A stretch of 64,000 bases of DNA from Octopus sinensis (GCF_006345805.1 NC_042997.1:184078001-184142000); one strand, 5' to 3'; numbered from the stretch's first letter, positions 50,886 to 63,769 are shown. Notes: a model not told the origin generated them from the sequence alone. Numbers and translations are program-made.

Positions 50886-52537
50886 AGTTGGTAGATGGCA
50901 GAAGACCAGCGCATAAGCCTTTAAACTAAGGTTTAAGGATTGCTTTAAAAATGCTCTAATACAGACAGGAATTGCAGCTGGTGATTGGGAGAGGGAGGTA
51001 CAAGACCATGATGGATGGAGGAAGATAGTGTATGACGGTTGTTCAAGGTTTGGGATGGAGAGAATGAAGTATGAGAGAATTAGGAGGGTATCTTAAAAGA
51101 AGGGAACCTGTGGAAAGTGAGAGAGTTGCTTTTTGTGTGAGTGGGCATACATATATACAGATATTCGTATATACCTACATGCGTAAATTCATGCGCACAC
51201 AAACATACATGGATGCATACATACATGTTTGGGTGCCTGTTTAGGGAAGCCGGTTTAGTCGATAGATATTTGTTTTTATCTTTTGTTTCAGTCATTTGAC
51301 TGTGGCCATGCTGGGGTACCGCCTTTCTCGGACTACAAGCGACTACCATTATATGTAGCCTGTGTTGTGTGGACGTCCCCAGACGTTAAAGTAGGCTAGC
51401 CCAATACGTAGATATAGAGGGAGAGGCCTAGACGTCAGAGTAGAGACGAGCGCAGTAGAGCACTGCTGAGTTGAAAGTAGAGTTGAGTAGTAGAGGCATC
51501 CGAACGTGCGACATAACACATGGTAGCGAAAGAGGCTGTTAATTATGGTTGGAGTGTCAACGGTCGTCCCAACAGTCGGAAGTGAGAGACCCATAGATTT
51601 TGTTTAGACATCTCTCTGGGAGAAGGAAATTCCGAAATCACACCCGCCTCATTGCGAAGGAGATTTTGTTTCTGGGTTATTTGACTTTGCACGGGAGAGT
51701 CTTGGTGGCGTTTTGTAAGGGATCTTTTCTGATTACCTTCATTTTTTGAAATTTTAAAATTAAGTTTTTGTGCAAATTTGTTGGTACATAACTTAATGCA
51801 CCTACGATGCACATTTTGCTCATGTTCTGTTGTTAATTTTAATGGCCACATTACTGCTTATCACGGATCGATTCCTGTGCGATTTTTGATGGCTCACCAG
51901 GCCTGCACAACTCAAACACCTCCTCCCACAAACCACACCCACAAAAAGCAACATTCTCTCACTTTCCACAGGTTCCCTCCTTCTAAGCCCTCTCCTAATG
52001 AGAATCCATAGCCTAGGTACAAGATCTGTAAGTTCCACATAAATTCACCATTGGACTATTGATTGTACATTCACATATGCTGGGCTGCTGATCTCTACAA
52101 CTGTGCACGACTTTTGTTCCTTGTCACATAGAACAATATCAGGTCTGTTATGCTTGCACACACATATATATACATATATACGACGGGCTTCTTTCAGTTT
52201 CCGTCTACCAAATCCACTCACAAGGCTTTGGTCTGCCCGAGGCTATAGTAGAAGACACTTGCCCAAGGTGCCACGCAGTGGGACTGAACCCGGAACCATG
52301 TGGTTCGCAAGCAAGCTACTTATCACACAGCCAATCCTACGCCTATATATTGAAAAATTGCCCTTACAAAGCGGAAAAATTTGTCAACAGACAGCCATGT
52401 AAGGGTAATTTACCAGTGTTTCTGCTGTTCTAATTGCATTCGAAAATAAATTATCATCATATTTGTATCAATATACACATTTCAGCGCTTATAAAAAAAA
52501 CAAAAAAAACAAAAGTTAGTTTGTTTATATTTATAAG

Positions 52538-52631
52538 TATGTATGTATGTATGTATGTATGTATGTATGTATGTATGTATGTATGTATGTATGTATGTAT
52601 GTATGCATGCATGCATGCATGCATGCATGCA

Positions 52632-52670
<39 letters not shown>

Positions 52671-52830
52671 TGTGTGTATGTATGTATGTATGTATGTATG
52701 TATGTATGTATGTATGTATGTATGTATGTATGTATGTATGTGTGTGTATGTATGTATGTATGTATGTATGTATGTATGTATGTATGTATGTATGTATGTA
52801 TGTATGTATGGATGGATGCATGCATGAATG
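52538..52830. repeat. (TATG)n/(CATG)n/(TG)n compound microsatellite
   Basis: Direct reading. Confidence 0.95.
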
Positions 52831-53108
52831 CTTGTATCTGGAATTCACGGTCCTGTTATTTCAATTTCCATTCCTATTCTGGAATTCCCGATCTTATTAC
52901 TTGAAAAGCTAATTATATGCTGCAAGGCATCTTAAAAGTGCTTTGGTTGTTCAACAAGCGGTCCTTTATATCATTCAAAGATCGTTCAGAACGAGTTTCT
53001 CAAAAACTAGTATCACTTAACAGAAATAGCCGAACCTCATTCTAAAAGAATCTACAGTTTGAAAATAAACATCTTTATGGGGGAAGGAGAAGAAAGCGCG
53101 TGCGCGCG

Positions 53109-53158
<50 letters not shown>

Positions 53159-54286
53159 ACACACACACACACACACCACACAAGAGCGAACTCACAAAAA
53201 AGAAAAAAAACGAACTAAAGCTATAGAAAAAGTTAGCATATAAAGGCGGTGCCCCAGCAAATGGCGGTGCCCCAGCATGGCCACACCTCGTGAGCTGAAA
53301 CTAGATAAAATAAAAAAAAAATACATATTTGTTTCTTTATTAACCACTAGGGGCTAAACACAGAGGGGACAAACAAGAACAGACAAACGGATTAAGTCGA
53401 TTACATCGACCCCAGTGCGTAACTGGTACTTAATTTATCGACCCCGAAGGGATGAAAGGCAAAGTCGACCTCGGTGGAATTTGAACTCAGAACGTAACGG
53501 CAGACGAAACACGGCTACGCATCTCGCCCGGCGTGCTAACGTTTCTGCCAGCTCGGTGCCTTAAGTTAGTATACATATTAGTCAGACGCCATGATAGATC
53601 GTTAGCTACTACACACATTTTTTTCTCTCCTTGTTTTTTTCTGCGTCCCTTTCTGTGGAAGAGCGTAGGCGCGAAACGTAAAAGACTTTTTCTATTCCTG
53701 AGCGTTATACTAATACATCTGTTTGTTTTGTACACCACCTGTCTTCGTCTTTTGTTTTTTTCGTAAACTCTCCTATACATATTAGTTGCTATTCGTGGGT
53801 TTTCCATGAATGTAACAGTTAGAAGTGCTTCTATTAATAATGCTATCATAGAAAAAGGCTTGGGTTTACCGCAGAATTGGATCTCATTAATATGAACTTC
53901 TGTATGAACTAAAAGAAGAAAAAAATATTGTGATAAGTAAAATATTTAAAAGACAGGAATTTTGAAAAATCCAGTATTTTTTTTATAGATATTTCTGCTG
54001 AATAAATTTTTATGCTTTCCTATTCTTTGTCCAAAATTCTAAATCATTAAATAATAATAATAATAATAATAAAAATTTGAAACTAGGGTCTATTCCTGAG
54101 AAACTCAAGAGAATCTTGGATTTTTTAATTTTATATTCCTAATTGCCGAGGAATAACGTACTGCAGGAAAGTGAGAAGCCAGTGTGAGTATGTGTGTGTA
54201 TGTGTGAACATACATATACGCTCACACACCCATATGTGTAAGTACATGTACACATACATTTATATGTATGTATGTATGTATGTATG

Positions 54287-54325
<39 letters not shown>

Positions 54326-54329
54326 ATAT

Positions 54330-54364
<35 letters not shown>

Positions 54365-54674
54365 GGCTCAGTGGTTAGAGCGTCGGGCTTACGGTCGTGA
54401 GCTTGTGAGTTCGACTCCCAGCCGGGCTGCGTGTTGTGTTCTTCAGCCAGACATTTTATTTCACGTTGCTCCAGTTAACTTAGCTGCAGAAATGAGTTGA
54501 GACATCACTGGTGCCAAGCTGTATCGGCCTTTGCCTTTCCCTTGGATAACATCAGTGGTGTGGAGAGGAGAGGATGTTATGCATGGGCGACTGCTGGCCT
54601 TCCACAAACAAAGGATAACTTTCTAGGTGCAATCCAATGGTCATTTATGACCGAAGGGGTTCCCCCTTACCCTT

Positions 54675-54757
<83 letters not shown>

Positions 54758-55094
54758 GTCTATGCATGTGTGTGTGTGTATGTGTTTGTGTGCGTGTGTC
54801 TGTGTGTGTGTGTGTGCCCGTGCAGGTGCGTGTGTTCAACAACAAAGACAAAAAAGCGGAAAAAATGTTATGCAATTACAAATACAAACAAAAATATAAC
54901 AACAGGTGTCTTTCGACTCATGAAGACGAATCAAATTGCGCTGGCGTAGTATAAAAGGGATAAATTATCTTGCGGACACTGTATTATTTCACAAATTGGT
55001 GACGCCGGCTATCTACAACAGTCCAATAAGCTTCACTCGTCGAGTAGTTCCGTGTTCTTATTCAGAACTGCAAATATTCCGTAGCGTATATAAT

Positions 55095-55535
55095 AGATAA
55101 TAATAATGAAATTATTGTATACAGTGCTCAGGTGCACCACAACTTTTCAAAAGTGCGTATAAAGCACATGCCTTAATGTACAAATGTCTGGGAAGTGAAT
55201 AGTGTATGAGTCAGATACATGCTTGCGTGTGTATGGAGGAGAGGAAATCAGGTGTAGTGTTGGCGAATCTCCTGGAAGCATGGAAGTTTTGAAGGATGCA
55301 GTGCTCCGACAGCTGACAACTGATGCCGGCAGTTTGTTCCATGCTTCAGCAACTCTTAGCGTGAAAAAATGTTCCCTAAAATCAAGGGAGCTGTGCTGTT
55401 TTCTGACTTTGTAAACATGTCCACGGGTGTTAGACAGGTGGAATTTGAAAAGGTGCTCAAAGTTATTGTTTGTAAGATGGTTGATAATTTTATGGGTATC
55501 TGTCAAGTCAGCTGCCATACGTAGGAGTTTCAGTG
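55095..55535 (-). mobile_element. CR1-clade LINE, 5'-truncated 3' end
   Basis: AADL..THKII...TRGH.YKV.K......R.HFFTLRVAEAWNKLPASVVSC.STASFK, with an (ATT)-rich tail. Confidence 0.85.
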
Positions 55536-55536
55536 T

Positions 55537-56384
55537 ATAACGAAGAGGAGAGTGGCGATTTATTCACATCCAAAACTTTTCTAGTAAAAAGCTTTTTACA
55601 GTATATATAACTCTGACTTATATATGTTTCGACTGCGGCGACTGCACATTGCTGTGTATGCAATTATGCATCCTAGTCACTGCAATTTCATCACGGGTCC
55701 ATCACTCACGACGTCTTCAAAGTGAACTGATTAAAACAAGCTTCCGGCGTTGGTATTCAGTTAAAGGTGATAGCATAGGCGCAGGATTGGCTGTGTGGTA
55801 AGTAGCTTGCTAACCAACCACATGGTTCCGGGTTCAGTCCCACTGCGTGGCATCTTGGGAAGTGTCTTCTGCTATAGCCCCGGGCCGACCAATGCCTTGT
55901 GAGTGGATTTGGTAGACGGAAACTGAAAAGAAGCCCGTCGTATATATGTATATATATATCTGTATGTGTGTGTTTGTGTGTCTGTGTTTGTCCCCCTAGC
56001 ATTACTTGACAACCGATGCTGGTGTATTTATGTCCCCGTTACTTAGCGGTTCGGCAAAAGAGGCCGATAGAATAAGTACTGGGCTTACAAAGAATAAGTC
56101 CCGGGGTCGATTTGCTCGACTAAAAGGCGGTGCTCCAGCATGGCCGCAGTCAAATGACTGAAACAAGTAAAAGAGTAAAAGAGAGAGAGAGAGAGCATTA
56201 CATTTTAAATCCAATGGAAATTTTGATCTCATTATCACCTCTACTGGCATTACAGTTGAACCGTGGTTTTAAAATGTTCATTCAGAGTTCAGTTAATTGT
56301 AGGTCAGTGTTAGATACGTTGTAGAAGACTTTTTAATAAAATAAGTTTTGGATGTGAATAAATCTTCACTCTCCTCTTCGTTAT
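55537..56384. mobile_element. TIR element with ~42-bp inverted repeats, interrupted by a family A SINE (55778-56183)
   Basis: ATAACGAAGAGGAGAGTG(GC/AA)GATTTATTCACATCCAAAACTT at 55537-55578 and inverted at 56343-56384. Confidence 0.7.
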
Positions 56385-56548
56385 GTATGTATGTATGTAT
56401 GTATGTATGTATGTATGTATGTATGTATGTATGTATGTGTGTGTGTGTATATAAGTATGTATGTATGTGTATATATGTATGTATGTATCTACCTACCTAC
56501 CTACCTACCTACCTACCTACATACCTACCTACATACCTACCTACTTAC

Positions 56549-56589
<41 letters not shown>

Positions 56590-56620
56590 ACTCAATCAAT
56601 CAATCAATCAATCACTCAAT
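56385..56620. repeat. Compound tetranucleotide tract TATG > CTAC > CTAT > TCAA
   Basis: Direct reading. Confidence 0.95.
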
Positions 56621-57093
56621 CAAATATAAGGATAAAATCTATATAAGAATTTATCAAGTAGCCAGCGTGAAAAACCAATTCGGGAAAAAATTAATATAAA
56701 GAATATAATTTTTCTTTAAATATAAACACATTAATTATATTAAGGGGTATTACTATAAGTAAACGCCTCACGCTGTAATGGGACTCTAAAGTCAAACTAC
56801 TTCAATAAATATACTTTAGAGTCCTATATATATATATGATAAAATAAACGCGACCTTTTAAAGCCTAGCCAGGCTCATGGGCCCGGTTTCCCGGTTTCAA
56901 TGGCGTATGTATTCCCCAGCTGGACGGTACGCCTTCCCATCGCAGTGTTACTCATTTTTGCCAGCTGAGTGGACTGGAGTAACGTGAAATGAAGTGTTTT
57001 GCTCAAGAACACAACGCGTCGTCCGGTCCAGGAATCGAAACCACAATCTTACGATCATGATGCTGACACCCTAACCACTAAGCCACGCGCCTC

Positions 57094-57124
<31 letters not shown>

Positions 57125-57201
57125 GAAGTGTACTAAGTAGCGTGTATAATATATATGAAATCGAAGCGGTTGGACTGAACTGCGTTTCACGCTACCGGGA
57201 G

Positions 57202-57233
<32 letters not shown>

Positions 57234-57942
57234 TAGCAAATTAATTCATTAAATCGATTTATGTAACAATTATCTGTTTTTATGTAGTAAGTATGTTTTG
57301 AGCAACTTGAATATATTTAAATAAAATTATACATTGAAGTACTTTAAAATAGTTTGACTTCAAATTTTGGCACAAATCCAGTAAGTTGGTTAGAGGGAGA
57401 TGATAAGTTGATTACACCAACCACTATGTTCAGCTGGTACTTATTTGATCGATCTCGAAGGATGAAGGGCAAAGTCAACCTCCGGTAGCATTTGAAATCA
57501 GAAAGTAAAATCAGAAAAAATGCCGCTAAGTATTGTTTTCTGGCGTAGTAATCACTCTACCAGTTTGCTGCTTTTCATTGAAACACTCTGCTCTCACCTA
57601 GTTTTAATAGCTTCTCTTAGTCAAACAATTATCCATGAAGTTACACGTTTTGTTGCCTGTTATACTCACAGCAGGCGAAATTCATATTATTTATGCTTAT
57701 AAATTACATTTTGTATTCACCTGTTGCCTCTGATTATCAATTTTTCTAATCTGTATTTTAGAATATTTAGTTAAAAATATGAAAAAAGAAAAACAAGAAA
57801 ATGTCATAATGTACATCCAAAGGGATTATTTACATTTCCTGTTTTATGGCAAACTAAAATTATAATTTCGTTTTTGGATTTGGTTTGCAAGATTCTTTAT
57901 ATGAGTTCCTGTGTTGCAGCATATTCTATTGTGTCTGAGGAG

Positions 57943-58159
57943 AGTAATTCTCTTTTTGTGCCTTATTATGTAACACACTCACCGGTAAAATTTCCACGTT
58001 TTTCTTATTTTTATTTTCCTAAAATTTTCGTTGCGTCTTGTAACCTTTTCAATAAAGGTTGCAAGACGCAACGAAAATTTTAGGACAATAAAAATAAGAA
58101 TAACGTGGAAATTTTACCGGTGAGTGTGTTACATAATAAGGCACAAAAAGAAAATGACT
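57943..58159. repeat. Near-perfect foldback: ~100-bp arms, 5-nt loop
   Basis: 3 mismatches over ~98 paired positions; loop TCAAT at 58049-58053. Confidence 0.9.
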
Positions 58160-58912
58160 GTCCCCAGACACAATAAAATAGTAAACCTTTTAGCTAGTAC
58201 TTTTTTCAGCCATTGCACTGCGGCCATGCTAGGCACTGCCTTCAAGGCTTTTAGTGAAACGAAACGATCCCCAATACTAATTAAAAAAAAAAGCCTGATA
58301 CTTATTACATCAGTCTATTTTGCCGAACCGCTATTGTTATGGGGACGTAAAGAAACCAACTCCGGTTGTCAAGCGGTGGGTGGGGTAAACACTGACACAA
58401 AGACACATCCATCCATCCATCCATACATCCATCCATACATACATACATACATATATTACAGGATTATTTCAGTTTCTGTCTACCAAATCCAATAACAAAG
58501 TCTTGGTCGTCTCGAGGCTATAGTAGAAGGTACCTGTCCAAGGTGTCATGCAGTGAGACTGAACTCGGAACCATGTGGTTGGCGAGCAAACTACTTACCA
58601 CACAGCCATATATTTTCTGTCATCTCTTCAAATGCCATCTCTTCAAAATATACTTTACATTAATAATTTATTTATAATTATCTGTTGAAGTGTTATATGT
58701 TCTCAAGTGGAGACAAGCTTTCGACCGTTTTATTTTTCTCATGTTCTCCATTATTAAAATGGAGTCCGCCATTAGTGGCCTAATTTGCAGAAAACATACA
58801 GTTTAAAATAAATGTTAAGTAATTATAATCGCAAGGAACAGCGGGGCATTTCGTCCGAACGAGTTGACCCAGCCATGGCTGTATGGACTAATATTATCAC
58901 TTGTTATATATA

Positions 58913-59319
58913 GGTGCAGGAGTGGCTCTGTGTTAAGTAGCTTGTTTACGAACTACATGGTTCCGGGTTCAGTCCTACTGCGTGGTACCTTGGGCAAGCG
59001 TCTTCTACTATAGCCTCGGGCCGACCAAAGCCTTGTGAGTGGATTTGGTAGACAGAAACTGAAAGAAGCCCGTCGTATATATGTATATATATATATGTGT
59101 GCATGTGTGTATATGTTTGTGTGTCTGTGTTTGTCCTCCCAATATCGCTTGACAACCGATGCTGATGTGTTTACGTCCCCGTAACTTAGCGGTTCGGCAA
59201 AAAAGACCGATAGAATAAGTACTAGGCTTACAAAGAATAAGTCCTGGGGGTCGATTTGCTCGACTAAAGGCGGTGCTCCAGCATGGCCGTAGTCAAATGA
59301 GTGAAACAAGTAAAAGAGT
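58913..59319 (+). mobile_element. Family A SINE, head-to-head with a minus copy at ~58200-58610
   Basis: Consensus match. Confidence 0.9.
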
Positions 59320-59781
59320 ATAGTTCAATCATGAGCAAGCAGGTCTAGAAACAAAGACGTTTCACTTATGACTATTCTGTCCGTAGTACATCAAGCGCTA
59401 TATACGTGTTTAGTCTACCCCGTCTTTATTAAGACAGTGAGAAGTTCTATGAAGAAATTTTGGCTGCTATTTGTAAAAATAGGTTAAAAACAAACAAAAA
59501 AACAACGTAGTTTTTAGGCTTCCAAGTTTGTTCGATCTAGTGTTACGTAGTCTGTCAAGGCGTTATTTATCCTTTTGATTACGTGAGTGTTGCTTAATGC
59601 TGATGCTTATTCAATGAAACGATAGGATTAGGGGTTAGGATAATCTGCTCATGACAACTAAATTAGAAAAGTAAAATATGTGTGTGTGAGTGAGTGCGCG
59701 CGTGTGTGCAGAAAATACGATATTCAATACAGTGTTATAGGTTATGGTACACTGAGTAAACAACATACTGTGTCAAGCAAC

Positions 59782-59949
59782 GAAATGGAACTAGTAGATG
59801 ACATTACGTGATCAATAGACGAGAGAAGAAAATATTACTTCGTTTGTCTGTTATTCATGTAATTTTTAATACATGAATAACAGATAAACAAAGTAAAATT
59901 TTCTTCTCTCATCTATTGATCACGTGATGTCATCTACTAGTTCCATTTC
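59782..59949. repeat. Near-perfect foldback: 80-bp arms, 8-nt loop
   Basis: 5 mismatches over 80 positions; loop ATTTTTAA at 59862-59869. Confidence 0.9.
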
Positions 59950-60007
59950 ATTAAACAAAATAAAAAAAAAAACTCCGCCTGGAAATGTAAATCAAATAGT
60001 GTTAATA

Positions 60008-60550
60008 TTAGGTTGTTCCGAAAATAATGGCCGATTTCAGAAATATAATTTTATTCTGGAAAAATTAGCGATAGAAATATTTTGATTAGTCAAAGTATGA
60101 GCCGTGGACATCTATGCATCTCTGCCATCAATGAAGATTATTTATGTTTCTTGATAAAAACTTCTTGGCTTTGATGCTAAGAAATCTTTGAAAGCTGATC
60201 CCACCTCTGGTCTGGATCTGGAAGTTTTATCTCTTAAAAATGTGTTTAAATGCTTTAAAAAATGGTAGTCAGCGGGTGAAAGATCAGGAGAATATGGAGG
60301 ATGTGGTAAAATCTTGTATCCCAAGTCTATGAGCTTCTGCAGTATCATTCTTCCAACATGTGGCTTTGCATTATCGTGGAGTAGAATTGGGCCACGCCGA
60401 TTCACCAATGCAAGTCTCATATTTTGCATGTGAGCATGCATTTCAGCGAGTTGATTGCAGTAAGCCTCTGCTGTAATGCTCTGATTGGCTTCCAGAAAGC
60501 TGTAATGGACAATACCAATTGCAGACCACCAGACAGTCACCATAATCATT
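60008..60550 (-). mobile_element. Mariner (DD34D) element, 3' half with catalytic region and one TIR
   Basis: MVTVWWS..GIVHY.FL...ITAE.YC.QL...LLHDNAKPH...LPHPPYSPDLSPADYHFL; TIR TTAGGTTGTTCCGAAAATAATGGCCG after TA at 60006-60007. Confidence 0.9.
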
Positions 60551-60930
60551 CGGGTCTTCTCTGCCATTCTTATACATTCACCATATGATAGTTTAGTCCT
60601 GCCCTTGATGTTATGAAACCATTTTCTTCAAGGTTTTCCTCTCGAGCGTTTGCCTTTTTCTGTCCTTCTGGTAACAATTTTTGTATACTCTTGTATGTTC
60701 TTACTATGTTACCAATCTTTATGTATTTGCTGTCTGTAGCACCTCTTTATTAGTGTTATGTTTTGTCCATGATATTCTTAATATTCTTCTGTATGTCCAC
60801 ATTTAAAAATGTGGACTTATAGAAAATAGCTTCTATCGTATCACATATCGTATCATCAATGCCTATGTTTCTGCACCATGTAATAGTGTGGACCATATGT
60901 AACATTTTGCAATAAGCAGTGATTTAAAAC
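60551..60930 (-). mobile_element. RTE-clade LINE RT C-terminal fragment fused to the mariner remnant
   Basis: MWTYRRILRISWTKHNTNKEVLQ...GKRSRGKP*RKW....ECIRMAE. Confidence 0.8.
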
Positions 60931-61222
60931 AAAAGCGTGTAAAGTTTAAGTTTCCCCTCGTTGTCAGTTGCAGCTAATGTCGGCTTTGTAACCAATACTC
61001 GAACTTTTTAAAACCGACAATCCATATCAAACAATTTCAGAAAGCTATACGGTAAAAATTATGTTTAGGCGCTTTTAGAAGTAGGATCTTCAATTGCATT
61101 GTACAGAAGTATCTTTTAATGAATTCTGCTAAATATTATATTGATGGTGAATGGCATAATTTTGAATCCTTTAACTTAGACATACAGTCACACTCACACA
61201 TTCACACATGCACACACACACA

Positions 61223-61270
<48 letters not shown>

Positions 61271-61371
61271 ACATACATACACGCACATGCACACATACTT
61301 ATACCCAATCATACACAAGCACATACGTAGTATATATATGAAATTACTACATAATACTATCTCTCTCCTTC

Positions 61372-61402
<31 letters not shown>

Positions 61403-61673
61403 GCTCGCACACACAAACATATATAAAGTTCATGTTGGCATTATATAATCTTTGATAACCTGCTATTTTTTTTTCTCTGGCATGAGCTATGTTGAATGAT
61501 AATAAAGTTGTACAGTAACTTCCGATGGAAAGATATGTTAAAACTTTTCAATTGGAGTTATGTTGTATACTATCAACTTAATGTGACAGTCCCATGAAGG
61601 GAATCACACCACCGCTATTTAGCCCTAGGAAGCATCAACGCTTCCTGTCGGCCTTGACACATTTCCTGTGTCC

Positions 61674-61816
61674 TTATGTTTACAAGGGGGAGACAAGCAC
61701 CTCCACCCAGCTAAGCCTGCATCCAGAGACTAGTTTCTGAGTCTTGCTTGTCATCAGTCTGGAGTAGCATGGCTTGCTAGCTGGCTGCAGATGCTTGTCT
61801 CGGCCTTGTAAACATA
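61674..61816. mobile_element. ~140-bp MITE-like element with ~24-bp TIRs and TA ends
   Basis: TATGTTTACAAGGGGAGACAAGCACC versus GATGCTTGTCTCGGCCTTGTAAACATA. Confidence 0.55.
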
Positions 61817-62529
61817 TAATAATTCTAGTGGAATAAATCCACTGATCACAAAAAATAGAAATATTACATTTCTAAATATCTCAGAGAGATATAAGTAGTG
61901 GTGGTACGATAGAGCAGTTATTGTTTAGAATTTAGTCATGCGTGTAAAACTTTGTAATCAGCAGTTTTATTTACTGTTGTCGATTTTTTTAAGGTTTGCA
62001 GAAGAATATAAACAGGTGAAAATGTTAGTGCGCCAGCAGATGTATAACTAGTTTTAATTGTTGTTGACGGTGTTTGACCACTAAGGAATTTAACTTCCTG
62101 CTTGTTTTGACAAGGAGGATGTTATTGTTCAGAGTTCAGTTGATCTTGTAGTTAGATGTGTTTATTTAGGTGTATCAGCTTTAGATCATGTTGCTTTTAG
62201 TATAGATATTTAGTTATCTTGTGGTTTAGGAGTTCACAAAACAATGTAAGTGGGAAGGTTAGTTTGTCAGCATATTTCTTACTAGGATTTAATTGCTGAT
62301 CTTTTTATTTGATTATTATTTAAAAATTCATTCTCTGTGTTTTGGGAAGATAGGAAGATAAAGCTTGACTATGCTGTTATAAATATTTCTTCTAGTGAGT
62401 TTCAAGCGTGGGTATTGGTAAGGAAATTTTTAACACACACACACACACATACACACACACACACACACACATGAACACACACACACATTCACACGCACAC
62501 ACACATGCATGCGCGTGCGTATGTAGCAT

Positions 62530-63110
62530 GTATTTAAGTCTATGTACCTATTTTTGTGCTCATTTAGAAGTTTTTATGTTTGCAAAAAGTGACTAATTCA
62601 GATTTCAGTTCAGTATTTGATTTCTTAATATGAGAATGTGGTAAGAGTTATTGGTGTAAAGTGGGCTGGGTTTGCTGTTTCCTTGGTATGGTTGCGCGTG
62701 TGACAATATTTTCTAATTAATGCTAAACGGGGTATTCTTCGATTTTAGTGGCCATATATGTTATGATAATGAAGTGTTATTTTCCCTATTTGGGTTGCGA
62801 AAAGTATGTGAGCTTTGTTTGTATCGTATTTTGAATTTGTTTACTATATGCCCTATATATGTGAATGTAGTAGATGGTTTAGTATTCGTGGTTCAGTTAG
62901 GCTATTGAACAATATTACTTATGTGACAGTTTCCGTTTAGTGGGAAGAATGGAGAGGTTCTGAAGTTGCACTTTTTGCTGGTGTTTTTGGTTTTTACCTT
63001 CTGAAAGTTTTAAGTGGTTGTAATTGGTTACAGTTTATTCCAAGTTGTTCGTTGTGGAATATGATATTTTTTGTTGTGTTTGTTTATAAATTTGAAGTTG
63101 TGGGTGGAAG
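62530..63110 (-). mobile_element. Penelope-like element, GIY-YIG endonuclease remnant
   Basis: CNFR...PLNGNC...NIV...TYIG....FKIRY...SHTF.......TSLS*HIW.LK.....F.I.*KIL..AQPY ... ILN..SELV.FCKHKN, with stops. Confidence 0.75.
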
Positions 63111-63294
63111 CACAGTCACCATCCTTCTCGTGTTCTGCAAAAAGTATTGAACCCCCCGCCCCCCGCAACATGCATCAGAAATGGAATACAAAAACCCGTT
63201 GACAAATGTTAGTGATTCTGAACGAGAAGGGAGGGATAACTTTAAGAATTTAAAACAAAAATTCTTGATTGGATTTTCTTAAAAGACTCCGCCG

Positions 63295-63605
63295 GTTACG
63301 ACGACGAGGGTCCCAGCTGATACGATCAACGGAACAGCTTGCTCGTGAAATTAACGTGCAAATGGCTGAGCATTCCACAGACACGTGTACCCTTAACGTA
63401 GTTCTCGGGGATAATCAGCGTGACACAGAGAGTGACAAGGCTGACCCTTTGAAATACAAGTACAACTCATTTTTGCCAGCTGAGTGGACTGGAGCAACGT
63501 GAAATAAAGTGTCTTGCTCAAGGACACAACGCGTCGCCGGGAATCGAACTCACAACCTTACGATCATGAGCCGAATGCCCTAACCACTAAGCCACGCGCC
63601 CTCAC
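63295..63605 (-). mobile_element. Family C SINE
   Basis: Reverse complement of 5000-5315. Confidence 0.9.
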
Positions 63606-63769
63606 TGATTGGATTTACATGCAGCAGAAAAGTACAGTTTAATCAATAGTCTTTTCAAATGGCTAATAATGTGTGCTCGCACCGCTACTACACACATTGG
63701 AAAGAATTGTACAACCAGGCATTAAAGAAGGTCTTTCCTCCTCCGTGAAACAAAGCTGTTCCCGCTGGA

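Noticed and set aside
50287-50929. MYVC-repeat ORFs (also 48153, 52434, 56348)
   Set aside because: (TATG)n microsatellite translations.
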